From Candidatus Jorgensenbacteria bacterium (GTDB lineage: Bacteria; Patescibacteriota; Minisyncoccia; UBA6257; GWB1-50-10), in the NCBI GenBank assembly GCA_043807585.1, contig JAZDFV010000013.1:2039-66038 (forward strand): a stretch of DNA of 64,000 nt, in the 5' to 3' direction. This document shows positions 16,582 through 25,269 of the stretch, in pieces. A model generated the notes under the pieces. That model saw only the letters and a program-made list of their open reading frames with translations. It was not told the origin of the DNA and did not search any database. The number at the start of each line of letters is the position of its first letter. Positions within the stretch are counted from its first letter, which is position 1. Both the position numbers and the translations under genes were made by a program.

Positions 16582-17223
16582 ATGGAATGTGAGAAAAACA
16601 CGAAGGTGGGAGAGCGGCCACGAAGAGCGAAAGGCGATATTCTCCTGCGGGTGTTGGAGAGGGTAGCGGAGGGTGCCGGAGATGCTGCCGCCATGTTTGG
16701 AGCTTTTTTGTCGGCTGGGTATGGCGCCTCGTATGGAAAACTGGAGCGAGAGCTCGCGCGGGAGCATGCAGGGAGGGAAGCAGCCGCGCAGGCGGTGCGG
16801 CTTGAAAGAGAAGCCAGGCGCAAATATCGGAAATTGTTCTACCTCCTCAAAAAGGACGGGCTTGTGGAGGAGAAGAAAAAAGCTCACAACAATATTTTTC
16901 TTCTCACCAGGCGGGGGGTGGCAAAACTCGCGGAGCTCCGCAAGCGGAAACTGCAGCTATTGCCTCGTCGGGTGTATGAGCCGGAGCGGGCGGACGTGTT
17001 CACTATTGTGACGTTTGATGTTCCGGAGAGAGATAGAAAAAAGCGAGAATGGCTTCGGGAAACATTGAGATCTCTGGGATTTGATTTTGTGCAAAGGAGC
17101 GTTTGGATAGGGAAGGTAAAGCTTCCGAAAGAGTTTTTGGAGGACATACAGCACCTAAACCTTATTGATTCTGTTGAGATTTTTCAGATTACAAAGACTG
17201 GCAGCTTGAAACACCTTATGTAA
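16582..17223 (+). CDS. PaaX-family protein: winged-HTH plus Cas2/VapD-like fold domain (paralog 1)
   Basis: 'YTIVTFDVPERDRKKREWLRETLRSLGFDFVQRSVWIGKV' fits the Cas2/VapD-like beta-alpha pattern seen in the PaaX C-terminal domain. N-terminal wHTH. Paralogs at 30449..30937 and 53202..53786. Confidence 0.6.
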   Translation: MECEKNTKVGERPRRAKGDILLRVLERVAEGAGDAAAMFGAFLSAGYGASYGKLERELAREHAGREAAAQAVRLEREARRKYRKLFYLLKKDGLVEEKKKAHNNIFLLTRRGVAKLAELRKRKLQLLPRRVYEPERADVFTIVTFDVPERDRKKREWLRETLRSLGFDFVQRSVWIGKVKLPKEFLEDIQHLNLIDSVEIFQITKTGSLKHLM

Positions 17224-17233
17224 TGTGTGGAAT

Positions 17234-17267
17234 GTCTTTTATACAGACGATCGTCTACATAAAGGAC
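17234..17267. repeat. Imperfect 34-nt palindrome downstream of PaaX-like gene 1 (cognate of 16529-16562)
   Basis: gtcttttatacagaCGATCGtctacataaaggac. Confidence 0.55.
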
Positions 17268-17354
17268 AAACCATGTGCTGGGAGATGTGAATGGTAAAAC
17301 GATGAGAGAACGAAAGCGGTTGAGTGTTGCGTTTGACGCACGCGCACTCTCTAG

Positions 17355-17417
17355 TCAGGGTTCCCTTGCCTCGTCGCAGATGAGCTTCGGTTCCTCGTCG
17401 CGCCAAGAGAGGCGCCC
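17355..17417 (-). repeat. Copy of the dnaE 3' end; 49 nt (17369-17417) identical to 55571-55619; encodes variant C-terminus '...EEPKLICDEAREP*'
   Basis: Direct orientation relative to dnaE (coding on minus strand) with its own in-frame stop. Confidence 0.75.
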
Positions 17418-17533
17418 CGAGACATTCCACTCGTATCTTGGTCTCCTGAAGCATGGGAACGCGCGCAGGTTGAAACGGCGCGCGCGGTATTTGTGTTATA
17501 ATTTTTCTGTACCAATGGATCCTCATTTTTAAA

Positions 17534-18325
17534 ATGCGCGACACTCAATGGGGAATGACGAACAAAAAACCGCGGCGGGCCCTATGGTGGTTTTTGGGTA
17601 TTTTTTCTCTTCTGGTGCTTCTCTTCATAGGCATTGGGTACACCGTTCTTTACTCGGGTCTTTTCAAGGTGCAGGCGGTTGAGGTAAGCGGCGGGGATGC
17701 GTTGCCGCACGAGCAGCTTCTCGCGGCGCTCTCCACTAAACTTACCGACAGCACCCTTCGGGGGCTCCTGGGTCCCGGGAACATCCTCTTCTGGATGTTC
17801 CGGGGTAGCGAGCCGAAACAATTGAATACCCTGCCGCTTGCCGTGGAGGTAACCATCGTACCCCATCCGTGGGAGCGAACGGTGGAGGTAGCGGTGGGGG
17901 AGCGGGAACTTTTCGGGGTGTGGTGTGTGCCGGGCGGATCGTGCTTTGGATTCGATCGAAAAGGGATGCTCTTGGGCGAGGTTCCGGAGGTTGAAGGCAC
18001 GCTCATGGTGAAGGTTCAGGACGAGAACAGTCGCTCGCTAGTGGTTGGGCAACCGGTACTACCTAACCCGCAGTGGGTCAAGAACTTCTTTGTGGCCGTC
18101 GCGACGCTCAAGGAGCAGAATCTCCCCGTGATGTCATTTACCGTGAAACCAATCGCGCTCCACGAATGGTGGGCGGCGCTGGATTCGGGGACGCTCATCT
18201 ACCTTAGCTTTGACTTCGTGCCGGAGAATCTTTCGGCGATAGTGGAGAACTTCAGGGCGAAGCCAGATTTTACAAAGCTCACGTACCTGGACCTCCGCGT
18301 CCCGAACCGGGTGTATTACCGGTAG
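17534..18325 (+). CDS. ftsQ: Cell division protein FtsQ/DivIB-like (POTRA)
   Basis: N-terminal TM anchor followed by a POTRA-like 'FKVQAVEVSGGDALPHEQLLAALS'. Confidence 0.55.
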   Translation: MRDTQWGMTNKKPRRALWWFLGIFSLLVLLFIGIGYTVLYSGLFKVQAVEVSGGDALPHEQLLAALSTKLTDSTLRGLLGPGNILFWMFRGSEPKQLNTLPLAVEVTIVPHPWERTVEVAVGERELFGVWCVPGGSCFGFDRKGMLLGEVPEVEGTLMVKVQDENSRSLVVGQPVLPNPQWVKNFFVAVATLKEQNLPVMSFTVKPIALHEWWAALDSGTLIYLSFDFVPENLSAIVENFRAKPDFTKLTYLDLRVPNRVYYR

Positions 18326-18416
18326 CGCTTGACAGAGTTTTAGAGTTGTGCTACCATTAAGCTAGGACGAAGCTTAGCTTCTTTTTCATTTCACAAACAC
18401 ATATTGCGGAGGTCTC

Positions 18417-18824
18417 ATGAAACCACGATTTCTGCTTATACCCATGCTCGGAGTTATCATACTCGTTGGTCTTGCTTTTCGGAATTCCATTGGGTGGAAA
18501 ACGGCCGAGCGCGAACGCGACGAAGCCCGCCAGATGCTCACGGGTGTTTGCCAGGTCCTTGAAGTGATTGGCGACACCAGCAAGGTGCGCCTGAAACGGG
18601 AGGAAAGCAATGCGCTGATCTATCCCAGCCTCATACGTGGGAGAGACGGTTCTTGGCAGGTGGTCATCGTTTGGAGGAATCTCACTGATCGGGGTGCCCT
18701 CGAACACCAAATTTGGCGAGACGGGACGGTGTGGCAAATTGACTGGGCAGGTGAAGTCCCCAGGCAGGTCTATGCCGACTCGAAGTTGGATTGGCCACGG
18801 CTTTTCAGAGAGGAGACGCGGTAG
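18417..18824 (+). CDS. Hypothetical exported protein
   Basis: N-terminal hydrophobic segment; no recognisable domain. Confidence 0.3.
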   Translation: MKPRFLLIPMLGVIILVGLAFRNSIGWKTAERERDEARQMLTGVCQVLEVIGDTSKVRLKREESNALIYPSLIRGRDGSWQVVIVWRNLTDRGALEHQIWRDGTVWQIDWAGEVPRQVYADSKLDWPRLFREETR

Positions 18825-18873
18825 AGCGTTATATCAGAAAGGCGCGATTACAAAATCGCGCCTTTCGTATTTT

Positions 18874-20847
18874 TCAGAGGTGGTAGATGAAGATGGAGGT
18901 GCCGGCGCGGAAGTCGGGTGTGGGGAGTTCGCCCAAGCCCGCCTCCGGCGGCCGGAGCTCCCGCAGCCAACGGTACTCGTCCTCCGGTTTGCGGGCGAGG
19001 GGCGGAATAACCGGCTGCATGGCCCCCTGGAGGGTGTTCACCGAGACGGCAAACCACTCGATGCCGATGTCCCTCGGGTCCCCGCGCGCCGACCACCACC
19101 CCTCGGCGGTTCCCCCGAGGTAGAACCGGGGGTCGCCTCCGCCGAAGTAGTCCACGGCGATTCTCTGGATGTCGCCTCGTTCCCTCACCCACGCGGCGAG
19201 GCGTTTCAGGTCCTGCCCCCAGTCGTAGTTTGAATCGGTGGCGTACCGGTAGCCGGTTCCCATGCCGCCTGCCGCCTCGTTGAAGTAGGAAAGGAAGAAG
19301 GGAGCCGCGAGAACCGTCTCAGCGGCCTGCCAGAACACCAGCGCTATCACCAGGGTCATTTTCCAGCGTGTCCGGGGCGGCAGCTTGCCTTCCTTGGTTC
19401 CCGCGTCCGCGTGGGTTTTCCCCCGTTGCGCCCACGATTTCAGGCCCCCCGCGGCGAGGAGGTAGAGAAGAGGAAGGACGGTGAGTACGTACCGCGCGCC
19501 GATGGGCGATGGATTCTTCACGCTGGAGGCGGCATAGAGCACCACCACGGCGAGCATGGGAAATTCAGCAAAGTGCGTGCCGAGGTAATCCGCAAAAGCC
19601 CTGCGGCGGGTTCTTCCATTCGCTCCGCCCAGCATCGTTTTCACCGAGAGGCCTAGGGCAAGGAGAAGAAACAAAAGGACGGGGAGCGGCTCTTTCAAGA
19701 GGAACGTGACGGGAGAATGGTACCATCGGCCGCCGCTCGAGACGTTTCCGAAGAAGTAAGTGGGGTTCCCGCCGTCCGGACGCTGGAGTGCCATAGTGAT
19801 GCCGAGCGCGTACTCAGCAAACGGGCGGAGCATCGGGTTCCCCGCCATTTGCGTGAGCGCGCTCCGCGCGAGTGGGGGCGCGGAGGAGAGGAGAGAGGAA
19901 GTATCCGTGATCTGCTTTGCCGCCGGGTAGTGGAACGTGGTCACGAAATACCCAGCGTAGATGACCGCCGCCCCGAGCGCAAAAACGAGGAGCAGTGATC
20001 CCGCAAGTGCGGTACCCCGGGGACGGTGCCCGCCTCTACTCGCTTGCCCCGTTTCCGCGAGAGCGGAGCGGGCCGTCAAGGCGAGGCTGGGGGTGCCGCG
20101 CCGGTGCGCTTCTCCCCAGAAAAATATTATCGCAAGGAGCACGAACGCGGGGATAAGGAGCAGCGCCGAGAACTCCATGAGCTGCGCAACGCCGAAGGCA
20201 ATTCCGGCGAGTATGAGGCGCCGCGCCGTCGGTCGGAGAAACCACTTTACGAATGCGTAGACAGCGGTGAGGATTCCGAATGCAGCCGCGACATCAGTGG
20301 TCACGTAATGCCCGTGCGCGAGGACGATAGGGGAGAACGCGAAGAGCGTTGCGGGGAGAAGTGCCCACCACCGCCCGAGGAGCTCCCGCCCCCAGAGGTA
20401 GATAAAGAGAAGCGTGAGGAGGGTGAGGAATATGGGGAATAGGCGGGAGAGGAAGATGATACGGTCCGCGTCGTTCCCCGACTCATAGAGGAACTGGTAC
20501 CCGACGTCACGCCCTCCGTTCACCTCCTTCTGCCACGCGGGATTCCCGGTAGGGAAGTTGAGCGATTCAGCGAGGAGAGGGAGCGCCGCGAGCGCTTTTG
20601 CGAGCGGAGGATGTCCTGGGTCAAGACGGTAGTCCATGTAGCGCGTGTAGCCATAGCCGGCTGGGATGTTGGCAAGTTCCTCTCTCGTAGCGGAGTCTCC
20701 CGCCGCCCCTTGGATGAGGAAATAGGCAGCAGCAGCCGCTAAGAAAATGAACATCGCGTGCGGGGCGACGTTCCTCAGGATTTTCACTGCTCTCTCCATG
20801 GTGCTGGGGCGTGTGATATGATAGAAGTAGTATAACAGTTCGGGCAC
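18874..20847 (-). CDS. Membrane glycosyltransferase, GT39/ArnT/PMT-like family
   Basis: Polytopic membrane protein with N-terminal 'YTRYMDYRLDPGHPPLAKAL' loop typical of the dolichyl/undecaprenyl-phosphate-sugar transferase family. Confidence 0.6.
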   Translation of the reverse strand: MPELLYYFYHITRPSTMERAVKILRNVAPHAMFIFLAAAAAYFLIQGAAGDSATREELANIPAGYGYTRYMDYRLDPGHPPLAKALAALPLLAESLNFPTGNPAWQKEVNGGRDVGYQFLYESGNDADRIIFLSRLFPIFLTLLTLLFIYLWGRELLGRWWALLPATLFAFSPIVLAHGHYVTTDVAAAFGILTAVYAFVKWFLRPTARRLILAGIAFGVAQLMEFSALLLIPAFVLLAIIFFWGEAHRRGTPSLALTARSALAETGQASRGGHRPRGTALAGSLLLVFALGAAVIYAGYFVTTFHYPAAKQITDTSSLLSSAPPLARSALTQMAGNPMLRPFAEYALGITMALQRPDGGNPTYFFGNVSSGGRWYHSPVTFLLKEPLPVLLFLLLALGLSVKTMLGGANGRTRRRAFADYLGTHFAEFPMLAVVVLYAASSVKNPSPIGARYVLTVLPLLYLLAAGGLKSWAQRGKTHADAGTKEGKLPPRTRWKMTLVIALVFWQAAETVLAAPFFLSYFNEAAGGMGTGYRYATDSNYDWGQDLKRLAAWVRERGDIQRIAVDYFGGGDPRFYLGGTAEGWWSARGDPRDIGIEWFAVSVNTLQGAMQPVIPPLARKPEDEYRWLRELRPPEAGLGELPTPDFRAGTSIFIYHL

Positions 20848-20849
20848 TT

Positions 20850-21713
20850 ATGCTTCCTCGCAACCATCCCAAGTCCGGGTTCATCCCCCACATAACTTCA
20901 AAAAAGAAGTCATGTGGGGGATTCACCCTCGTTGAGCTACTCATCTACGGAGCGGTGTTCTCTGTTACCGCGGTATTTCTCGTGAACATCCTCACCGCCG
21001 TCACACAGACGCAGGTGCGCCAAACCTCGGTGAACGAGGTGAACCAGCAACTCACCTTCGTGGCGAACACCGTCCAGCGGCTCGTGCGGGAGTCGGCCGC
21101 GGTTGAGAATGCAGCGGGGGTTTCCTCCACCACACTCGTTCTCCGCATGCCTTCCTCCACACTCGACAAAACATTCGTCTACGCCTCCGGCACCGCCATC
21201 TACCTTGAGCAAGGATCTTCCACGCTCGGGGTTGCGGCTCCCTCGTCCCTCACCAACGACAAGGTGACAGTGACGGGATTTTCGGTGAAGAAGTTCGAGA
21301 ACCCCGGTGGGCTCTCGGTGGTACAGTTTGACATCGCGCTCTCGTACAACTCCTCGAGTACAAAATCGCAAGCCACCCGTACGTGGTCCGGGGCGGTGGC
21401 GCGCATCTCGGCGGCGACTTTTGATTCAAGTTTACTACCCGCAACCGCCGGAGATCTGGATGTCGGCGGCGATGGCTTCAATTGGAACAACGCCTATTTT
21501 TCGGGGGACGTCACCATTGCGGTTGACGGTCAGCTGGGGATTGGCGTCGCCCCCTCCGCGCTTTCAACAACGAAAATCAAATCCACCGGGGATGTCGGTT
21601 TTTCCACCTCAACCTACGGACTCATTCTCGTGAAACCCGACGGGAGTGGATGTTACCGCGTAACGGTAAGCAACGCTGGCGCTCTAGTAATCACTGCCAC
21701 CACCTGCCCCTAA
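20850..21713 (+). CDS. Type IV pilin / pseudopilin-like protein
   Basis: Prepilin cleavage/methylation motif 'GGFTLVELLIYGAVF'. Leader unusually long, so the true start is uncertain. Confidence 0.55.
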   Translation: MLPRNHPKSGFIPHITSKKKSCGGFTLVELLIYGAVFSVTAVFLVNILTAVTQTQVRQTSVNEVNQQLTFVANTVQRLVRESAAVENAAGVSSTTLVLRMPSSTLDKTFVYASGTAIYLEQGSSTLGVAAPSSLTNDKVTVTGFSVKKFENPGGLSVVQFDIALSYNSSSTKSQATRTWSGAVARISAATFDSSLLPATAGDLDVGGDGFNWNNAYFSGDVTIAVDGQLGIGVAPSALSTTKIKSTGDVGFSTSTYGLILVKPDGSGCYRVTVSNAGALVITATTCP

Positions 21714-21714
21714 A

Positions 21715-21800
21715 ACGCGATGCGAATATACTAATGCATACTAATTATACGAATAAAGGAATTCTCCATTAGTAGTATTCGTATGAATTCGTATATTAGC
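21715..21800. repeat. AT-rich MITE-like hairpin repeat (family member 1)
   Basis: Ends 'gcgatgcgaatatactaatgcatactaat ... attcgtatattagcatcgcg' form a long imperfect inverted repeat. Homologous to 28829-28923 and 45368-45466. Confidence 0.6.
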
Positions 21801-21806
21801 ATCGCG

Positions 21807-21833
21807 TTGGCACTTGACTTGTCCGAGTGCCAA
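21807..21833. promoter_or_regulatory. CIRCE-like HrcA operator (TTGGCACTT-N9-GAGTGCCAA) with overlapping -10 'tatact'
   Basis: Inverted repeat close to the CIRCE consensus TTAGCACTC-N9-GAGTGCTAA. Upstream of the hrcA-grpE-dnaK operon. Confidence 0.7.
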
Positions 21834-21999
21834 TTCTATACTTGAAAGGCTTGGTTGGAGCAATGGGAGCCGTAGGCGAACCAGTGCTCCATTCCAAACT
21901 TTCACCCCGTTAGATAAGAATATGAAAACCGTGGCAGTAAACAGACATAACGTATATCGATTACTATCGGTCGGCGATTCCCTGTCCTCGCTATCTAAC

Positions 22000-22067
22000 G
22001 GGGTGCTCGATTTTGTAGATAAATTTTCTTCTTCTACAGACTCGAAAATTTGTACAAAATCGGCATG
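22000..22067 (+). promoter_or_regulatory. Conserved ~68-nt leader / translation-start element (copy upstream of hrcA)
   Basis: ggggtgctcgattttgtagataaattttcttcttctacagactcgaaaatttgtacaaaatcggcATG. Same element precedes mraZ and ftsL. Preceded by a long IR (21903-21916 / 21992-22005). Confidence 0.6.
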
Positions 22068-22754
22068 AGAGATCGCACGAAGTCCATCCTTGAAGGCGCG
22101 GTCAAGGAGTTTATCCGCACAGGAGAGCCCATCACTTCAGAGCATCTTTTCGATGCTTTTGAGTTCGGCATCAAGCCAGCCATGATCCGGTGGGAGCTTA
22201 AGGAGCTTTCCCGCGCCGGCTACTTTTCCCAAAGGCACCCCTCCGGGGGGCGGTTTCCCACCAACCGGGCGTACCGCTTCTATGTGCAATCGCTTCTCGG
22301 CGCCGGTGTTCCCTCAATGCGGGGGTCGCTCGAGAGAGCGCTGCATGGATTCTTGGGGGAAGGGCCGCGGGAGCTCGTGGGAGAGATGGCGGATTACCTC
22401 GGAATGTTCTCCGCCGTGTATGAACCGCGGGCGGACCACGTCTATGAGAGCGGGCTCGAGGACCTCATGGCGGAACTTGATCTTGAGAATCGTCGCGAGC
22501 TCATGGAAGTCATCCGCGATATTGAGCTCCTCCCGGAGCGGATTATGGAGCAGGGAACGTGGCGGGGAGAGCGCGAGTGGCCCCAGGTGTTTGTGGGGGG
22601 GAACCCCTTCACCGCCAGCAGGCATCTCTCGGTGGTGGCGGGCAGGGTGCGTGGCGGGGAGAAGCCTCTCCTCCTCTTGGCGGTGGGTCCCACGCGGATG
22701 GACTATGAAAAATCCTTGCGGCTCTTCCGCGCACTCTGTGATTCGGTTTCATAA
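22065..22754 (+). CDS. hrcA: Heat-inducible transcription repressor HrcA
   Basis: wHTH N-terminus 'GEPITSEHLFDAFEFGIKPAMIRWELKELSRAGY'. Operon with grpE and dnaK. CIRCE upstream. ATG at 22065 preferred over the TTG at 22050. Confidence 0.75.
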   Translation: MRDRTKSILEGAVKEFIRTGEPITSEHLFDAFEFGIKPAMIRWELKELSRAGYFSQRHPSGGRFPTNRAYRFYVQSLLGAGVPSMRGSLERALHGFLGEGPRELVGEMADYLGMFSAVYEPRADHVYESGLEDLMAELDLENRRELMEVIRDIELLPERIMEQGTWRGEREWPQVFVGGNPFTASRHLSVVAGRVRGGEKPLLLLAVGPTRMDYEKSLRLFRALCDSVS

Positions 22755-22762
22755 TTTACGCC

Positions 22763-23284
22763 ATGGAAGACAATATTCCCCACAAAGAAGAAGAGCGGCC
22801 GCAGACGTCCCCGCCACTCGAGGTGCAGCTTGCCGCGTGCGCGCAGGAGCGCGATGAGTATCTGAACGGATGGAAGCGCGCGAAAGCGGACCTCGCAAAC
22901 TACCGGAAGGAGGAGATGGAGCGCTTTGACGCGTTTGCGAAACTTTCCACCAGTGCGCTCGTCTCCGAGCTCCTCTCGCTCTTTGATAGTTTTGATTTGG
23001 GGCTCGCGGCAGCGAAGGGCGATGAGGAAGCAAAACGCGGGTTTTACCTCATCCGGGGACAGTTGGAGGATATTTTGAAACGGCGCGGTCTTGAGACGAT
23101 CCTTGCGCCGCCGGGCGCGCCGTTTGACCCGGTGCGCCACGAGGGAGTGGGGGAAATGACCTCGGAATATCCCCCGGGGACCGTGGCGGAGGAAGTGAGC
23201 CGGGGGTATATGTTCCATGGGAGAGTGCTCCGCCCCGCGCGGGTGAAGATAAGCAAGGAGCAAAAGGACAACGGTGACAAATGA
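22763..23284 (+). CDS. grpE: Nucleotide exchange factor GrpE
   Basis: Coiled-coil plus C-terminal beta domain; position between hrcA and dnaK. Confidence 0.8.
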   Translation: MEDNIPHKEEERPQTSPPLEVQLAACAQERDEYLNGWKRAKADLANYRKEEMERFDAFAKLSTSALVSELLSLFDSFDLGLAAAKGDEEAKRGFYLIRGQLEDILKRRGLETILAPPGAPFDPVRHEGVGEMTSEYPPGTVAEEVSRGYMFHGRVLRPARVKISKEQKDNGDK

Positions 23285-23403
23285 CGATGACGATAACAAG
23301 CGACCGATAACATCCGTATAAATCCGTTTCAATCCGTATGAATCCGTGTCTAAATAAATCAGCGTCTAGAGTAGCAAAAGGCAAATAACAAATAATAATT
23401 ACC

Positions 23404-25269
23404 ATGCCAAAAATTTTAGGTATTGACCTCGGGACCACGAACTCCGCCATGGCCGTCGTGCAGGGCGGGGAGCCGGTGGTACTCGAGAACCACGAGGGCA
23501 ATCGGACTACCCCTTCCGTGGCGGCGCTCTCCAAGTCGGGGGAGCGGCTCGTGGGGCTCCTTGCAAAGCGCCAGGCGGTGGTGAACCCCAAGCACACCAT
23601 CTTTTCGGTGAAGCGGCTTGTGGGCCGCGCGTGGAGCGATCCGGAGGTGCAGCGCGATCTCTCGTGGCTCACGTACGAGATGCACGCCTCCGCACAAGGG
23701 GGTGTGGAGGTGAGGATGGGGGATCGGTGGTACAAACCGGAGGAGATTTCCGCCATGGTGCTCCAGAAGCTCAAGGCGGATGCCGAGGCGAAGCTCGGCG
23801 AGAAAATCGAGGAAGCGGTCATCACCGTGCCGGCGTACTTCGACGATTCCCAGCGTCAGGCGACCAAAAACGCGGGAGAGATCGCCGGTTTCAAGGTGCG
23901 CCGCATCCTGAACGAACCCACCGCGGCGGCGCTCGCGTACGGCCTGAACCGCGAGAAGAACGAGCGCATCGTGGTCTATGACTTCGGCGGCGGGACGTTC
24001 GACATTTCCATCCTCGAGGTGGGCGACGACACCGTGGAAGTGAAGGCGACGGGTGGTGACACTCACTTGGGCGGCGACGACTTTGACAAACGCATCATCG
24101 AGTACCTCGTCAAGGAATACCAGAAGCAGGAAGGCATCGATATCTCGAAGGATACCCTCGCCATCCAGCGCTTGAAGGAAGCCGCCGAGCGCGCGAAGCA
24201 TGAACTTTCAACGGCCGTGGAGAGCGAGATAAACCTCCCTTACATCACCTCCGGACCGGAGGGTCCCAAGCATTTTGTGATGAAGCTCACGCGCGCGAAG
24301 CTCGAGGACCTCGTTCGTGATTTTATTGAGCACTCCCTGTCCCTCGTGAAGGAGGCCGTCACGGCGGCGCCCCCCAAGGGGGCGGGTCTCAAGTTTTCCG
24401 ACATTAATGAGGTGGTGCTCGTCGGCGGTCAGACGCGCATGCCGGCGATCCAGGAAGCGGTGAAAAAGCTTTTTGGGAAGGATCCTCACAAAGGCATCAA
24501 CCCCGACGAGGTGGTGGCGGTGGGTGCCGCGGTCCAGGCGGGCATTCTTCAGGGCGACGTGAAAGACATTCTCCTCTTGGACGTGACACCCCTTTCCCTC
24601 TCCATTGAAACCCTTGGCGGTGTGGCGACACCCATGATTCCCAAGAACACAACCGTGCCGACCTCGAAGACACAGGTGTTTTCCACCGCCGCCGACAGCC
24701 AGACCTCGGTGGAGATCCACATCGGGCAGGGAGAGCGGGCCCTCATGGCGGACAATAAAACACTCGGCCGCTTCATCTTGGACGGCATTCCTCCCGCGCC
24801 GCGCGGTCTTCCCCAGATCGAGGTGACTTTCGACATCGACGCTAACGGTATCCTCACCGTTTCCGCGAAGGACAAGGCGACGAGCAAAGCGCAGTCGGTG
24901 AAGATCGAGGCGACCACGAGTTTGAACAAGGAGGAGGTTGAGCGCCTGAAGCGTGAGGCGGCGGAGCACGCGACGGAGGACCAGAAAAAGCGTGAGGAGA
25001 TCGAGATCAAGAACCAAACCGAGTCCCTCATTTATACGGCGGAGAAAAGTTTGCGCGATGGCGGCGATAAGATACCCACGGACATTGCCGAGGCAGTGAA
25101 GGCGAAAATTGATATACTGAAGGAGAAGCAATCGAAAGGAGATCTCCCGGCGATCCAGAACGCCATGCAGGAACTCTCGCAGGCGCTCCAGAAGATCGGC
25201 GAAGCCCTCTACCGGGGCCAGCAGCCGCCGGGGGGCGCTGAGGGAGGTGAACCGCGACCCACAGCATGA
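23404..25269 (+). CDS. dnaK: Chaperone DnaK (Hsp70)
   Basis: '[12 protein letters not shown]', 'DFGGGTFD', 'VGGQTRMP' signature motifs. Confidence 0.95.
   Translation: MPKILGIDLGTTNSAMAVVQGGEPVVLENHEGNRTTPSVAALSKSGERLVGLLAKRQAVVNPKHTIFSVKRLVGRAWSDPEVQRDLSWLTYEMHASAQGGVEVRMGDRWYKPEEISAMVLQKLKADAEAKLGEKIEEAVITVPAYFDDSQRQATKNAGEIAGFKVRRILNEPTAAALAYGLNREKNERIVVYDFGGGTFDISILEVGDDTVEVKATGGDTHLGGDDFDKRIIEYLVKEYQKQEGIDISKDTLAIQRLKEAAERAKHELSTAVESEINLPYITSGPEGPKHFVMKLTRAKLEDLVRDFIEHSLSLVKEAVTAAPPKGAGLKFSDINEVVLVGGQTRMPAIQEAVKKLFGKDPHKGINPDEVVAVGAAVQAGILQGDVKDILLLDVTPLSLSIETLGGVATPMIPKNTTVPTSKTQVFSTAADSQTSVEIHIGQGERALMADNKTLGRFILDGIPPAPRGLPQIEVTFDIDANGILTVSAKDKATSKAQSVKIEATTSLNKEEVERLKREAAEHATEDQKKREEIEIKNQTESLIYTAEKSLRDGGDKIPTDIAEAVKAKIDILKEKQSKGDLPAIQNAMQELSQALQKIGEALYRGQQPPGGAEGGEPRPTA

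Noticed and set aside
18637-19233. Plus-strand ORFs overlapping 18874..20847
   Set aside because: Antisense to the GT39-like membrane glycosyltransferase; low-complexity.
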